From Caulobacteraceae bacterium (GTDB lineage: Bacteria; Pseudomonadota; Alphaproteobacteria; Caulobacterales; Caulobacteraceae): a DNA stretch of 64,000 nucleotides. Location of the stretch: positions 13,451 through 77,450 of the forward strand of contig DATNJB010000085.1 of NCBI GenBank assembly GCA_035604135.1. The letters are read 5' to 3'. Position 1 is the first letter of the stretch. Every line of letters begins with the position of its first letter. Below the pieces are notes generated by a model that saw only the letters and a list, made by a program, of their open reading frames with translations, was not told the origin of the DNA and ran no database searches. Of this stretch, positions 1 through 10,301 are shown one piece after another. The position numbers and the translations under genes are program-made.

Positions 1-2
1 GC

Positions 3-1037
3 GCCTACCAGGCGGCGATGTTCCACCTCTTCACGCACGCCTTCTTCAAGGCGCTGCTGTTCCTCGCCGCCGGCAGTGTCATCACCGCCATGCACCACGA
101 GCAGGATATGCGGGCGATGGGCGGGCTCTGGCGCAAGCTGCCGCTCACCTACGCGGTGATCCTGATCGGCACGCTGGCCATCACCGGCTTCGGCCTGCCG
201 GGTGTCGATATCGGCTTTGCCGGCTTCTATTCGAAGGACGCGATCATCAACGCGGCGTACGCGGCGATGCGCTCGGGCTCCGGCGTCGGCGCGTTCGGCT
301 TCCTGATCGGCGTGCTCGCCGCGGGCCTGACGTCCTTTTACTCGTGGCGGCTGATCTTCATGACGTTCCACGGGACCCCGCATTGGGGTGCCCACGTCCA
401 GGCCGAACACGGCGAGACCCACGACGAGCCGCTCGAGCACGACGCTCATGGGCTGGGCGCCCACGACCTCGATCCGCACGAACCCAGCTGGTCGATCCGT
501 TTCCCGCTCGTGATCCTGGCCATCGGCGCGGCGGCCGCCGGTTACCTGTTCGTGGAGCAGTTCATCGGCGAGCGCCGGAGCGACTTCTGGCGCGGCGCGA
601 TCTTCGTCGGTCCGACGAACCACGTGCTCGATCAGATCCATACGCTGCCGGCCTGGGTGGTCTGGGCGCCGCTGACCGTGACCGCCGCGGGCTTCCTGGT
701 CGCCGCCTACATGTACATCCTGAACGAGGGCATGGCCGCGCGGCTGGCCGCCCGTCGCGGGCCGCTCTACGTCTTCATCTACAACAAGTGGTTCTTCGAC
801 GAGCTCTATGACCTGGTCTTCGTCCGCGGCGCGAAGGCGCTCGGAGACCTGCTCTGGAAGGGCGGCGACCAGCGGATCATCGACGGGCTCGGGCCTGACG
901 GCGTCGCCTGGCTCTCCAACCGGCTGGGCATCCGCGTCGGCCGCTTCCAGAGCGGCTACGTCTACCACTATGCGTTCGTGATGCTGCTCGGCGTCGCCGG
1001 CCTGCTCTCGTTCGCCCTCTACGCCTGGTCGCGGTGA
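3..1037 (+). CDS. nuoL: NADH-quinone oxidoreductase subunit L (5' truncated by window edge)
   Basis: Motif [32 protein letters not shown]; directly upstream of nuoM/nuoN. Confidence 0.97.
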   Translation, partial: AYQAAMFHLFTHAFFKALLFLAAGSVITAMHHEQDMRAMGGLWRKLPLTYAVILIGTLAITGFGLPGVDIGFAGFYSKDAIINAAYAAMRSGSGVGAFGFLIGVLAAGLTSFYSWRLIFMTFHGTPHWGAHVQAEHGETHDEPLEHDAHGLGAHDLDPHEPSWSIRFPLVILAIGAAAAGYLFVEQFIGERRSDFWRGAIFVGPTNHVLDQIHTLPAWVVWAPLTVTAAGFLVAAYMYILNEGMAARLAARRGPLYVFIYNKWFFDELYDLVFVRGAKALGDLLWKGGDQRIIDGLGPDGVAWLSNRLGIRVGRFQSGYVYHYAFVMLLGVAGLLSFALYAWSR

Positions 1038-1044
1038 GGACGAG

Positions 1045-2535
1045 ATGAGCGGCATCCTCAGCCTCACCACCTTCTCGCCGCTGATCGGCGTCGCCGCGAT
1101 CCTGCTCATTCGGCTGTTCGGCCGTGAGGGCCAGGAGGAGGCGGCCGCGCGCGCCGCGCGCTGGATCGCGCTGGTCACCACGCTGGCGACCTTCGCGCTC
1201 TCGATTGTGGTCGTCGCCAGCTTCGACGCCCACCAGGCCGGCTTCCAGATGGTGGAGAACCAGCCCTGGTTTGCCGGCTTCCGTTATCGCATGGGCGTCG
1301 ACGGCCTTTCGGTGCTCTTCGTGCTGTTGACCGCGTTTTTGCTCCCGCTCTGCATCGCGGCCAGCTGGACGTCGATCAAGGAGCGCGTGCTCGAGTACAT
1401 GATCGCGTTCCTGGTGCTCGAGACCCTGATGATCGGGGTCTTCTGCGCCCTCGACCTGATCGTCTTCTATCTGTTCTTCGAGGGTCAGCTGATGCCGATG
1501 TTCCTGATCATCGGGGTCTGGGGCGGCCAGCGCCGGGTCTACGCCGCCTACAAGTTCTTCCTCTACACGCTCTTGGGCTCGGTCCTGATGCTGGCGGCGA
1601 TCCTGGCCATGATCGGGATCACGCACACGAGCTCGATCCCGGATCTTTTGACCTACCACTTCGATCCGAAGCTGCAGGTCGTCCTCTGGCTCGCCTTCCT
1701 TGCCTCGTTCGCGGTCAAGCTGCCGATGTGGCCGGTGCACACATGGCTCCCGGATGCGCACGTGGAGGCGCCGACGGCGGGCTCGGTCATCCTGGCCGGC
1801 ATCCTTCTGAAGATGGGCGGCTACGGCTTCCTGCGCTTCTCGGTGCCGATGTTCCCGAACGCGTCGCACACCTTCGCGCCCTTGATGTTCGCGCTTTCGG
1901 TGGTGGCGATCGTCTACACCTCGCTGGTCGCGTTCCGGCAGACCGACGTGAAGAAGCTGATTGCCTATTCGTCCGTCGCCCACATGGGCTTCGTGACCAT
2001 GGGCATCTTCTCGGGGACCCTGCAGGGCGAACAGGGCGCCATATTCCAGATGCTCAGCCACGGGCTGATCAGTGGCGCGCTCTTCCTTTGCGTCGGCGTC
2101 GTCTACGACCGGATGCACACGCGCGAGATCGCCTTCTATGGCGGCCTGACGGCAAGGATGCCGTGGTACGCCGCGGTCTTCATGCTGTTCTCGCTCGGCA
2201 ACGTCGGATTGCCCGGCACGTCGGGGTTCGTTGGCGAGATCCTGAGCCTTGTGGGCGTCTATCGCGCCTCGACCTGGACGGCGATCTTCGCCGCAACCGG
2301 TGTCATCCTCTCGGCCACCTACGCGCTCACCCTCTATCGGCGGATGATGTTCGACCCGCTGACCAATCCGAAGCTCGAGACGATCACCGACCTCGAGCCG
2401 CGCGAGACGGCGATCTTCACCCCACTGATCATTGGCACGGTCGCGCTCGGCCTTGCGCCCTGGCTCGTGCTGAATCTGACCATGGCCTCGGCCGCGAAGT
2501 ACGTCGCCCTCTACCAGCTGTTCGGCGGCGGGTGA
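1045..2535 (+). CDS. nuoM: NADH-quinone oxidoreductase subunit M
   Basis: [38 protein letters not shown] motif. Confidence 0.98.
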   Translation: MSGILSLTTFSPLIGVAAILLIRLFGREGQEEAAARAARWIALVTTLATFALSIVVVASFDAHQAGFQMVENQPWFAGFRYRMGVDGLSVLFVLLTAFLLPLCIAASWTSIKERVLEYMIAFLVLETLMIGVFCALDLIVFYLFFEGQLMPMFLIIGVWGGQRRVYAAYKFFLYTLLGSVLMLAAILAMIGITHTSSIPDLLTYHFDPKLQVVLWLAFLASFAVKLPMWPVHTWLPDAHVEAPTAGSVILAGILLKMGGYGFLRFSVPMFPNASHTFAPLMFALSVVAIVYTSLVAFRQTDVKKLIAYSSVAHMGFVTMGIFSGTLQGEQGAIFQMLSHGLISGALFLCVGVVYDRMHTREIAFYGGLTARMPWYAAVFMLFSLGNVGLPGTSGFVGEILSLVGVYRASTWTAIFAATGVILSATYALTLYRRMMFDPLTNPKLETITDLEPRETAIFTPLIIGTVALGLAPWLVLNLTMASAAKYVALYQLFGGG

Positions 2536-2542
2536 TCAGGCG

Positions 2543-3973
2543 ATGAACCTCGCAAACGCCATGATGCTTGCGCTGCCGGAGCTCTTCCTGGCCATCAGCG
2601 CGCTCGCGCTCCTGCTCGTGGGCGCGATGCTGCGCCCAAGCGCCGTCGCGGTCTGGGTCGCGTCGGGAGCTGCGCTCATCGTCGCCGCCGTGCTCGCCGC
2701 CATCGGCCCGCTCGGAACCGCGTTCGCCGGCGGCTTCGTCGCCGACCAGGCCGCGGCGTTCGCCAAGGTGGCGATCTATCTGGCGACGGCGGTTGCGCTG
2801 TTCCTAGGCTCCGGCTGGCTCGGGCGGCTCAAGGCGCGGCAGTTCGAGTATCCGATCCTGATCCTGCTCTCGGCGCTCGGCATGGGGATCATGGCCTCAT
2901 CCGGCGACCTGATCTCGCTCTACGTCGGCGTCGAGCTCCAGTCGCTCGCCGCTTACGTGCTCGCCGCCTTCCGCCGCGATGACGCCAAGGCCTCGGAGGC
3001 GGCGCTGAAGTACTTCGTGCTCGGCGCGCTTTCGTCGGGGCTTTTGCTCTACGGCGCCTCGCTGATCTACGGCTTTGCTGGCTCGGTGAAGTTCGCCGAT
3101 ATCGCCGTCGCGGCCCACGCGGGCGCGGCGAACGGGGTGCTCTTCGGCCTCGTCTTCCTGATCTGCGGGCTGGCGTTCAAGGTCTCGGCCGCGCCGTTCC
3201 ATATGTGGATCCCCGACGTCTACGAGGGCGCGCCGACGCCGGTCGTGGCCTTCTTCGCCGCGGCGCCCAAGCTCGCGGCCATGGTCCTGTTCGCGCGCGC
3301 GCTCGCCGACGCCTTCCCGGGCGCCGCCGATCAATGGCGGCAGGTGCTGATCGTTATCGCCGTCATCTCCATGCTGCTGGGCGCGTTCGCGGGCCTCGTG
3401 CAGAAGAACCTCAAGCGTCTCTGGGCCTATTCCTCGATCGCCAACATCGGCTACGCGCTCGTCGGCCTCTCGGCCGGCACCCAGGAAGGCGTGCAGGCCA
3501 TGCTCGTCTTCATGGTCCTCTACATGATCGACGTGACCGGTTTCTTCGCCTGCCTCATGGCGCTGAACCGCGACGGCAAGCCGATGGAGACCATGGACGA
3601 CATGGCCGGCCTGATGCGTGAGCGGCCGGGCATGGCGCTGGCCATGACTGCGTTCGCCGTCTCGGCCATCGGCTTTCCGCCGTTCTCCGGCTTCTGGGCC
3701 AAGGTCTATGTGTTCAAGGCGATCATCGACGCCGGTTACGGCTGGGTCGCCGTGGTCGGCCTGGTCTCCAGCGTGGTCGCGGCCTTCTACTACCTGCGCC
3801 TGGTCAAGGTGATGTGGTTCGATCCGCCGGGCGGCGCGGTCGACGCAGGCCCCGCCGACGCCCGCGGGGTCGCCTTTGCGGCGGCGCTCTTCTCCTTCCC
3901 GGTCGTGCTCGTCGCGCTGATCGGTCTTGATCCATTGGCGAAGTCGGCTGCATCCGCCTTCGGGCTGGGCTAA
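2543..3973 (+). CDS. nuoN: NADH-quinone oxidoreductase subunit N
   Basis: EAALKYFVLGALSSG and FKVSAAPFHMWIPDVYEGAP motifs. Confidence 0.98.
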   Translation: MNLANAMMLALPELFLAISALALLLVGAMLRPSAVAVWVASGAALIVAAVLAAIGPLGTAFAGGFVADQAAAFAKVAIYLATAVALFLGSGWLGRLKARQFEYPILILLSALGMGIMASSGDLISLYVGVELQSLAAYVLAAFRRDDAKASEAALKYFVLGALSSGLLLYGASLIYGFAGSVKFADIAVAAHAGAANGVLFGLVFLICGLAFKVSAAPFHMWIPDVYEGAPTPVVAFFAAAPKLAAMVLFARALADAFPGAADQWRQVLIVIAVISMLLGAFAGLVQKNLKRLWAYSSIANIGYALVGLSAGTQEGVQAMLVFMVLYMIDVTGFFACLMALNRDGKPMETMDDMAGLMRERPGMALAMTAFAVSAIGFPPFSGFWAKVYVFKAIIDAGYGWVAVVGLVSSVVAAFYYLRLVKVMWFDPPGGAVDAGPADARGVAFAAALFSFPVVLVALIGLDPLAKSAASAFGLG

Positions 3974-3983
3974 GCTCAATCCC

Positions 3984-4733
3984 ATGACGTCGATCCGCAC
4001 CGCGCCGCGCATACTGGCGTTCGACGTCGTCGATTCCACCAACGCGGAGGCGCGCCGGCGCGCCGAAGCCGGCGAGGCGGGTCCCGTCTGGATCACCGCG
4101 ACCCGGCAGACGGCCGGCCGCGGCCGGCGCGGGCGGAGCTGGGAGACCGGGGCCGGCAACCTGGCGGCGACCCTGCTTATGGTCACCGACCGCCCTGCGG
4201 CCGAGGCCGCGCAGGTCTCCTTCGTCGCCGCCCTCGCCGTCGCCGACCTGGCCAGCGCCTACCTGCCGGCCGAGCGGGTGAAGCTGAAATGGCCGAACGA
4301 CGTGATGGTCTCGGGCCGCAAGCTTGCCGGCATCCTGGTGGAGTCCGGCGCGCGGGAGGAGGGCGGCCTCTGGCTCGCCATCGGCATCGGCGTCAATCTG
4401 GCCAGCGCCCCGGCAGCCGCCGACCGGCCTGCCACCACCGTGGCGCATGAAGCCCAGACGCCGCCGCCGGAGCCGCTCGCCGCCCTGGAGGGCCTGGCCG
4501 CGGCGTTCTCCGAGTGGCTATTGCGCTGGGACGCGCGTGGCTTTCCGCCCATCGCCGAAGCCTGGACCGAGCGCGCCTACGGGCTTGGCGAGACCTGCAC
4601 CGCCCGGCTGCCCGGCGAGGAAATCGAGGGCGTCGCCGAGGGCCTGGACGGCGACGGCGCGCTTCGCCTTCGCCTGCGCGACGGACGCCTTCGCCGCATC
4701 ACCGCCGGCGACGTCTTCTTCGGGGCGGCCTGA
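3984..4733 (+). CDS. birA: Biotin--[acetyl-CoA-carboxylase] ligase (no N-terminal HTH)
   Basis: DSTN, QTAGRGRRGRSW, KWPND, KLAGILVE motifs; start set at ATG 3984 after the nuoN stop. Confidence 0.96.
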   Translation: MTSIRTAPRILAFDVVDSTNAEARRRAEAGEAGPVWITATRQTAGRGRRGRSWETGAGNLAATLLMVTDRPAAEAAQVSFVAALAVADLASAYLPAERVKLKWPNDVMVSGRKLAGILVESGAREEGGLWLAIGIGVNLASAPAAADRPATTVAHEAQTPPPEPLAALEGLAAAFSEWLLRWDARGFPPIAEAWTERAYGLGETCTARLPGEEIEGVAEGLDGDGALRLRLRDGRLRRITAGDVFFGAA

Positions 4734-4736
4734 GCC

Positions 4737-5522
4737 ATGCTGCTCGCCATCGAGCAGGGCAACACCAACACGCTCTTCGCCGTGCACGACGGCGACGAGT
4801 GGACCGCCCAGTGGCGCGCGGCGACAGAATCCACCCGCACCGCGGACGAATACGCCGTCTGGCTCGCCCAGCTCCTCGCCATGCGCGACCTGTCGATGAA
4901 GGACCTCGACGCCTGCATCGTCTCCAGCGTCGTGCCGCAGTCGGTGTTCAACCTCAGGAACCTCGCGCGGCGCTACCTGCACACCGAGCCGCTGGTCGTC
5001 GGCGAGAACGTCGATCTCGGTATCCAGGTGCGCATCGACAAGCCGTCGGAGGCCGGCGCCGACCGGCTGGTGAACGCCATCGGCGCCCATGTCGCCTACC
5101 CGGGCGACCTGATTGTGGTCGACTCCGGCACGGCGACCACCTTCGACGTCGTCGCCGCCGACGGCGGCTTCGAGGGCGGCGTGATAGCGCCGGGGATCAA
5201 TCTCTCCATGCAGGCGTTGCACGATGCGGCGGCCAAGCTGCCGCGCGTGGCGATCCGCCGCCCGGAGAGCAACCACGTGGTGGGCCACGACACGGTCGAG
5301 GCCATGCAGTCCGGCGTCTTTTGGGGCTACATCTCGATGATCGAGGGGCTCGTGCGGCGGATCAGGGAGGAGCGGGGCAAACCGCTCACCGTCGTCGGCA
5401 CCGGCGGCATCGCCTCGCTGTTCGAGGGCGACACCGACGCCATCGACGTCTTCGACCACGACGTCACCATCCGCGGCCTTCTGGAGATCTACCGGCGCAA
5501 CAAGGGCCGGCCGGCCGCATGA
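4737..5522 (+). CDS. coaX: Type III pantothenate kinase
   Basis: [36 protein letters not shown] motifs. Confidence 0.95.
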   Translation: MLLAIEQGNTNTLFAVHDGDEWTAQWRAATESTRTADEYAVWLAQLLAMRDLSMKDLDACIVSSVVPQSVFNLRNLARRYLHTEPLVVGENVDLGIQVRIDKPSEAGADRLVNAIGAHVAYPGDLIVVDSGTATTFDVVAADGGFEGGVIAPGINLSMQALHDAAAKLPRVAIRRPESNHVVGHDTVEAMQSGVFWGYISMIEGLVRRIREERGKPLTVVGTGGIASLFEGDTDAIDVFDHDVTIRGLLEIYRRNKGRPAA

Positions 5523-7198
5523 CGGCCAATGCCAACGACGAGCTCGTCTTTCTGCCCCTGGGCGGGTCGAACGAGATCGGGATGAACTTCAACTGCTACG
5601 GTTACGGGCCTGCCCATGACCGCAAGTGGATCATCGTCGACGTTGGCGTGACCTTTGGCGACGACACCACCCCGGGCGTCGAGATCATCATGCCGGATCC
5701 CGCCTTCATCGAGGAATGCGCCGACGACATCCTTGGCGTGGTGCTCACCCACGCGCACGAGGACCACATCGGGGCCATGGGCTGGCTCTGGCCGAGGCTC
5801 GGCGCGCCAATCTACGCCACCCCGTTCACCGCCTTTTTGCTGCGCGAGAAGATGCGCGAGCGCGGCGTGCTCGACAAAGCGAAGATCACCGAGGTGCCGC
5901 TGAACGGGTCGATCAAGCTCGGCCCGTTCGACCTCACGCTGATCACGCTTACCCACTCCATCCCCGAGCCGAACGGGCTGGCGATCCGCACCCCGCTCGG
6001 CGTCGTGCTGCACACCGGCGACTGGAAGATCGACCCCGATCCGCTGCTGGGCGGCGTGACCGACGAGGACGCCATCCGTCGCCTGGGCGACGAAGGCGTG
6101 CTGGCCATGGTCTGCGATTCCACCAACGTCTTCGTCGACGGGACCGCGGGATCCGAGGCCGACGTGCGCGAAACGCTGAACCGGCTGATCGGCTCCCTGC
6201 ACGGCAAGATCGCCGTCGCCTGCTTCGCCTCCAACGTCGCGCGCATGGACTCCACCATCCGCGCCGGCCTGGCGAACGGCCGCCGCGCCTGCCTGGTCGG
6301 ACGCTCGATGCTGCGCATGGCGGCCGCCGCCCAATCGGTCGGGCTCCTGAAGGGCCTGCCGCCGTTCCTCAGCGATAACGAGGCCGGCCGCTTCGGCGAC
6401 GAGGACATCCTCTACCTCTGCACCGGCAGCCAGGGCGAGCCGCGCGCGGCGCTCTCGCGCATCGCCGACGGTACGCACCCGCACGTCAAGCTGGGCGCCG
6501 GCGACCACTGCATCTTCTCCTCGCGCATCATCCCGGGGAACGAGGTTCCCATCCGCAATCTGCAGAACAAGCTCGCCGATCGTGGGATTCGTCTGTACAC
6601 GGAGCGTGATCACCCGGGAATCCACGTTTCCGGCCACCCGTGCCGCGACGACCTGACCGAGATGTACAGCTGGGCCAGGCCGCAGATCGCCATCCCCACC
6701 CACGGGGAGCGGCGGCATCTGCTCGAGCACGCCGCGCTCGCCCATGACCTGCAGGTGCCGCAGACCGTGGCGCCCCGGAACGGCGAGATGGTGCGCCTCG
6801 CGCCCGGCCGCGCGGAGATCATCGATGAGGTCCCCTCGGGCCGCCTCTACGTCGACGGCGGCGTGCTCACGGTCGAGAACGGCGAGGCGTTGCGCGAGCG
6901 CCGGCACGCGTCCCACTCCGGCGTGCTGACCGTCGCCGTCGTCCTCGACGATGACGGCCGCATTGCCTCGGGCCCGCAGGTGAACGCGATCGGCCTGCCC
7001 GGCGACGAGGCGACGCCCCTCGACCAAGCGCTCGACGACCTGGCCGACGCCGCCGAACAGGCAATCCGCGGCTTGAACGACTACGAACGTGAGGACGACC
7101 ACCTGGTCGAACAGGCCCTGATGCGCACCCTCAAGCGCACCGCCTTCCGCATCTGGGAGCGCCGCCCCATCGTCACCGCGACGGTGATGCGGGTGTAG
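5519..7198 (+). CDS. rnj: Ribonuclease J
   Basis: [35 protein letters not shown] motifs; ATG 5519 overlaps the coaX stop (ATGA). Confidence 0.96.
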   Translation: MTANANDELVFLPLGGSNEIGMNFNCYGYGPAHDRKWIIVDVGVTFGDDTTPGVEIIMPDPAFIEECADDILGVVLTHAHEDHIGAMGWLWPRLGAPIYATPFTAFLLREKMRERGVLDKAKITEVPLNGSIKLGPFDLTLITLTHSIPEPNGLAIRTPLGVVLHTGDWKIDPDPLLGGVTDEDAIRRLGDEGVLAMVCDSTNVFVDGTAGSEADVRETLNRLIGSLHGKIAVACFASNVARMDSTIRAGLANGRRACLVGRSMLRMAAAAQSVGLLKGLPPFLSDNEAGRFGDEDILYLCTGSQGEPRAALSRIADGTHPHVKLGAGDHCIFSSRIIPGNEVPIRNLQNKLADRGIRLYTERDHPGIHVSGHPCRDDLTEMYSWARPQIAIPTHGERRHLLEHAALAHDLQVPQTVAPRNGEMVRLAPGRAEIIDEVPSGRLYVDGGVLTVENGEALRERRHASHSGVLTVAVVLDDDGRIASGPQVNAIGLPGDEATPLDQALDDLADAAEQAIRGLNDYEREDDHLVEQALMRTLKRTAFRIWERRPIVTATVMRV

Positions 7199-7287
7199 GC
7201 GCCACGCGCTTGCGGCGGCGGACCTTCCTATGAAAGGAATTGCGGGCCGCGCGCCTTGGCGGTCGCAGGGATTTCAGGACCTCTTTT

Positions 7288-8769
7288 ATGGACGGACCGA
7301 TTTCGATTGGCGCGCGGCTTTCGGAGCTCGCGCGGGAGCGGCCGGAGCGGCCGGCGATCACCGATGAGCATCGCACCGTCACCTGGGCCGAGCTCGACCG
7401 GCGCACCAACCGGATTGCGCGGGCGCTCGAGAGCCTCGGCGTCAAGCAGGGCGACCTGGTCACGGTCGGCCTGCAAAACAGCGTCGACTATTTCGAGGCG
7501 GTCTATGGAATCTGGAAGGTCGGGGCGACGCCGCAGCCGATCTCCTGGCGCCTGCCCGCCCACGAGGCGGAAGCGGTCATGGCGCTCGCCGAAACGCCGA
7601 TCCTGATCGCCGGCGAGACCATCGAGAGCAGCCGCCCGCGCTACGACGTCGACGCGCTGCTTGCCCTGTCGGGCGACGACAGCCGGGTCGAGGACCGCGT
7701 CCCGCCCATCTTCAAGGCCCCGACCTCCGGCGGCTCGACCGGCCGGCCGAAGCTGATCCTGGCCGGCCAGCCCGGAGTTGTCCTGCGCAGTCCCGCGGGC
7801 GCGACAGGCGGCTATCGGCTGACGAGTGAGGACGTGATGGTCATGCCAGGCCCGCTCTATCACAACGGCCCCTTCACCTGCGCGGTCACGGGCCTGAACC
7901 TCGGCGCCCATCTCGTCATCCTGCCTCGCTTCGACGCCGAGAAGACGCTGACCGCCGTCCAGCAGCACCGCGCGAGCTGGCTCTACGTCGTGCCCACGAT
8001 GATGAGCCGCATCTGGCGGCTCCCCGAGGGGGTGCGCGAAGGCTACGACGTCACCTCGCTCCAGACCGTCTGGCACATGGCTGCGCCGTGCCCGCCGTGG
8101 CTGAAGGAGTCCTGGATCGATTGGCTCGGCCCGGACGTGATCATGGAGCTCTACGCCGGCACCGAGGCGCAGGCCGCGACCATCATCACCGGCGCCGAGT
8201 GGCTCGAGCATCGCGGCTCGGTCGGCAAGGTGGCGTTCGGCGAAATGGCCGCCTTCGACGCTGACGGAAACCGGCTGCCGCCCGGCGAGATCGGCGAGGT
8301 CTACCTGCGCCGCCCGCCCGAGTTCCCGCCCTCCTACCAGTATCGGGGCGCCGAGGCGCGCACCTTGCCAGACGGCTGGGAGAGCCTGGGCGACATCGGC
8401 TCGTTCGATGCGGACGGCTATCTCTACCTCGCCGACCGGCGCACCGACATGATCCTGGTCGGCGGCTCCAACATCTATCCGGCCGAGATCGAAGCGGCGC
8501 TGGACGAGCATCCGCTGGTGCAGTCGAGCGCGGTCGTCGGCCTGCCCGACGAGGAGATGGGCGCGACCTTGCACGCCATCGTCCAGCCGCGCGAGGGCCT
8601 GACCGAGGCGGCGCTGCGCGAGCACCTGCGCGACATGCTGGTCACCTACAAGCAGCCCCGCACCTACGAGTTCGTGCCTGAGAACATCCGCGACGACGCT
8701 GGCAAGGTCCGCCGCACCCAACTCCGCGACGAACGCATTGCGCGCATGAAGACGACGGCGACCGCCTGA
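7288..8769 (+). CDS. Acyl-CoA synthetase / AMP-binding protein (bile acid CoA ligase-like)
   Basis: TSGGSTGRPK P-loop, GPLYHNGP, YAGTE, SLGDIG, DRRTDMILVGGSNIYPAEIE, GKVRR. Confidence 0.88.
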   Translation: MDGPISIGARLSELARERPERPAITDEHRTVTWAELDRRTNRIARALESLGVKQGDLVTVGLQNSVDYFEAVYGIWKVGATPQPISWRLPAHEAEAVMALAETPILIAGETIESSRPRYDVDALLALSGDDSRVEDRVPPIFKAPTSGGSTGRPKLILAGQPGVVLRSPAGATGGYRLTSEDVMVMPGPLYHNGPFTCAVTGLNLGAHLVILPRFDAEKTLTAVQQHRASWLYVVPTMMSRIWRLPEGVREGYDVTSLQTVWHMAAPCPPWLKESWIDWLGPDVIMELYAGTEAQAATIITGAEWLEHRGSVGKVAFGEMAAFDADGNRLPPGEIGEVYLRRPPEFPPSYQYRGAEARTLPDGWESLGDIGSFDADGYLYLADRRTDMILVGGSNIYPAEIEAALDEHPLVQSSAVVGLPDEEMGATLHAIVQPREGLTEAALREHLRDMLVTYKQPRTYEFVPENIRDDAGKVRRTQLRDERIARMKTTATA

Positions 8770-8771
8770 CC

Positions 8772-8862
8772 AACCACCAAGCACACCAAGCACACCAAGC
8801 ACACCAAGGGTTCTGAGAGGGTGCAGCCGCGGTTAGTCAGAACCCTTGGTGTGCTTGGTGGT
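8772..8862. repeat. Palindromic element A of the 9-nt periodic family
   Basis: Left arm accaccaag-(cacaccaag)x3-ggttctga; right arm tcagaacc-cttggtgtg-cttggtggt is the exact reverse complement minus two units. Confidence 0.9.
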
Positions 8863-8867
8863 CGAAA

Positions 8868-8898
8868 TCGACCATGCCGCTTCGCGGCGTCGGTCGAT
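8868..8898. terminator. GC hairpin between convergent genes, possible terminator
   Basis: atcgacc-atgccgc-ttc-gcggcgt-cggtcgat inverted repeat; no clear U-tract. Confidence 0.5.
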
Positions 8899-10052
8899 CA
8901 AGCGGCCAACATGACCCGCGCGCCGGAGTAGTGCCGCCAGAGGATCCAGGCTGAAGCGGCGACGGCGGGGAGGGCCAGGAGGATCGGGATGGCCAGCGAG
9001 CCGCCGGCGGCGACGATGGCGGCGGCCGAGAGGCAGGCGAAGAAGCAGCCCACGTCCCAGCCGCCCTCGGTCGTCATGTGGAAGCGGAAGCTGCAGGGCG
9101 AGGCCTTGGCCAGGTTGTAGGTCACGGTCCCCAGCGTCGGCGACAGCAGCGGGATGAGCAGCGCGCCAAGCGCGTTCGCCCCGACGGCGAGCCACGGCAA
9201 CCCGATGCTGGCCGCGCGCGAGACGACGATGAGCGTTGCGAGGCCGTAGGTCGCGGCCACCGCCCGGCGTCCGCCGCCGAGGTCGATGTGGCGTCCGAAC
9301 ACCAGCGCGCAGACCGCGCCAACCGCGCCCGCCAGCGCCATCGCCCCGCCATAGGCCGCAAAGCTCTGGTGCAGGGTCACGAAGAGCGCGATCTGCCAGA
9401 TGAAGACGTAGCTCGCGTCGAACCAGCCATCGGCGGCCAGTAGCGCGCCGGCCACCCGCGCCGCGCGGTAGGCGCCCGGCGCCTCCGGCGCAACCGCGAC
9501 ATTCGGCGCGCCGATCAGCGGCAGCACCGCCAGGAGCTGCACGATGCCGACAGCGCCGAACGCCCAGCGCGGGCCGAACGTGATCAGGGCCGCCGCGCCC
9601 ATCAGCGGCGCGACGATGCCGATCGCCGCCGTCAACGCCTCGCGCACGCCGATCTGGCTGCCGCGATGCTCGGCGTCCCCGATCTGCGCGAAATAGGCGT
9701 TGTAGGCGACCCAGTAGACCATGTCGGAGATGGCCGAGACGACACAGAGCACGGCCAGCATCGGGCCCACGCCCTGCACCTCGGCCAGCACCGGGTATTC
9801 GACGGCAAGGCCGATCGTACCGACGATCAGCATCGGCCTGACGCCGAACCGCCTCGCCGGCCAGATCAGCAGCGGGCGCACGCAAAAGCGGCCGCCGACG
9901 ATCGCCGCCTCGGCGAGCAGCGTCATCGGGACTGAGACGCCGGCGCGCAACAGGAAGGCGAAGAAGAAGACGCCCCCGGCGCCGACCGCGAGCGCGCGGA
10001 CGCCGGAGTGCAGATTGACGCGATTGACCGCGTCATTGGTGAAGAACGGCAT
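8898..10052 (-). CDS. Major facilitator superfamily transporter
   Basis: About 12 hydrophobic segments; ARRFGVRPML loop resembling MFS motif A. Confidence 0.75.
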   Translation of the reverse strand: MPFFTNDAVNRVNLHSGVRALAVGAGGVFFFAFLLRAGVSVPMTLLAEAAIVGGRFCVRPLLIWPARRFGVRPMLIVGTIGLAVEYPVLAEVQGVGPMLAVLCVVSAISDMVYWVAYNAYFAQIGDAEHRGSQIGVREALTAAIGIVAPLMGAAALITFGPRWAFGAVGIVQLLAVLPLIGAPNVAVAPEAPGAYRAARVAGALLAADGWFDASYVFIWQIALFVTLHQSFAAYGGAMALAGAVGAVCALVFGRHIDLGGGRRAVAATYGLATLIVVSRAASIGLPWLAVGANALGALLIPLLSPTLGTVTYNLAKASPCSFRFHMTTEGGWDVGCFFACLSAAAIVAAGGSLAIPILLALPAVAASAWILWRHYSGARVMLAA

Positions 10053-10262
10053 GGGATAACCGAGGAGCGACGTTGTGGGGCGAGTCGGGCGAACCGGCTC
10101 GGGCGTCGCTAGGCGCTACGAATTCGGTCCCACACGGCAAAGCCGCTCCTCGGACGGTGCAGCGAGTTTGCATCGCCAGTCGCCGCCTCGCAAGGCGGAA
10201 CAAGCCCGCCCCATTGTCCTGCTGCGTCCGAAAACCGCGAGACGACCCGCTCGCAAGGCCGC

Positions 10263-10285
10263 ACAAGCTTGTCGGACAAGCCTGT
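10263..10285. promoter_or_regulatory. Palindromic operator candidate (TTGTC-N-GACAA, GntR-like)
   Basis: acaagcttgtcggacaagcctgt: perfect 15-bp core palindrome just upstream of the decarboxylase RBS. Confidence 0.5.
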
Positions 10286-10301
10286 TTGCCTGGAGTTGAG
10301 C

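Noticed and set aside
4514-5518. 894-aa ORF suggesting a long N-terminal fusion on RNase J
   Set aside because: The extension is an off-frame read-through of birA and coaX with Arg/Ala-rich nonsense; the real start is the ATG at 5519 coupled to the coaX stop
7255-7263. cttggcggt, a lone right-end unit of the 9-nt element family
   Set aside because: Single unit with no mirror arm or periodicity; could arise by chance
10126-10170. ggtcccacacggcaaagcc resembles the start of a c-di-GMP-I riboswitch
   Set aside because: The downstream GNRA/receptor and P2 conserved bases are not recognisable; an Rfam cmscan would settle it
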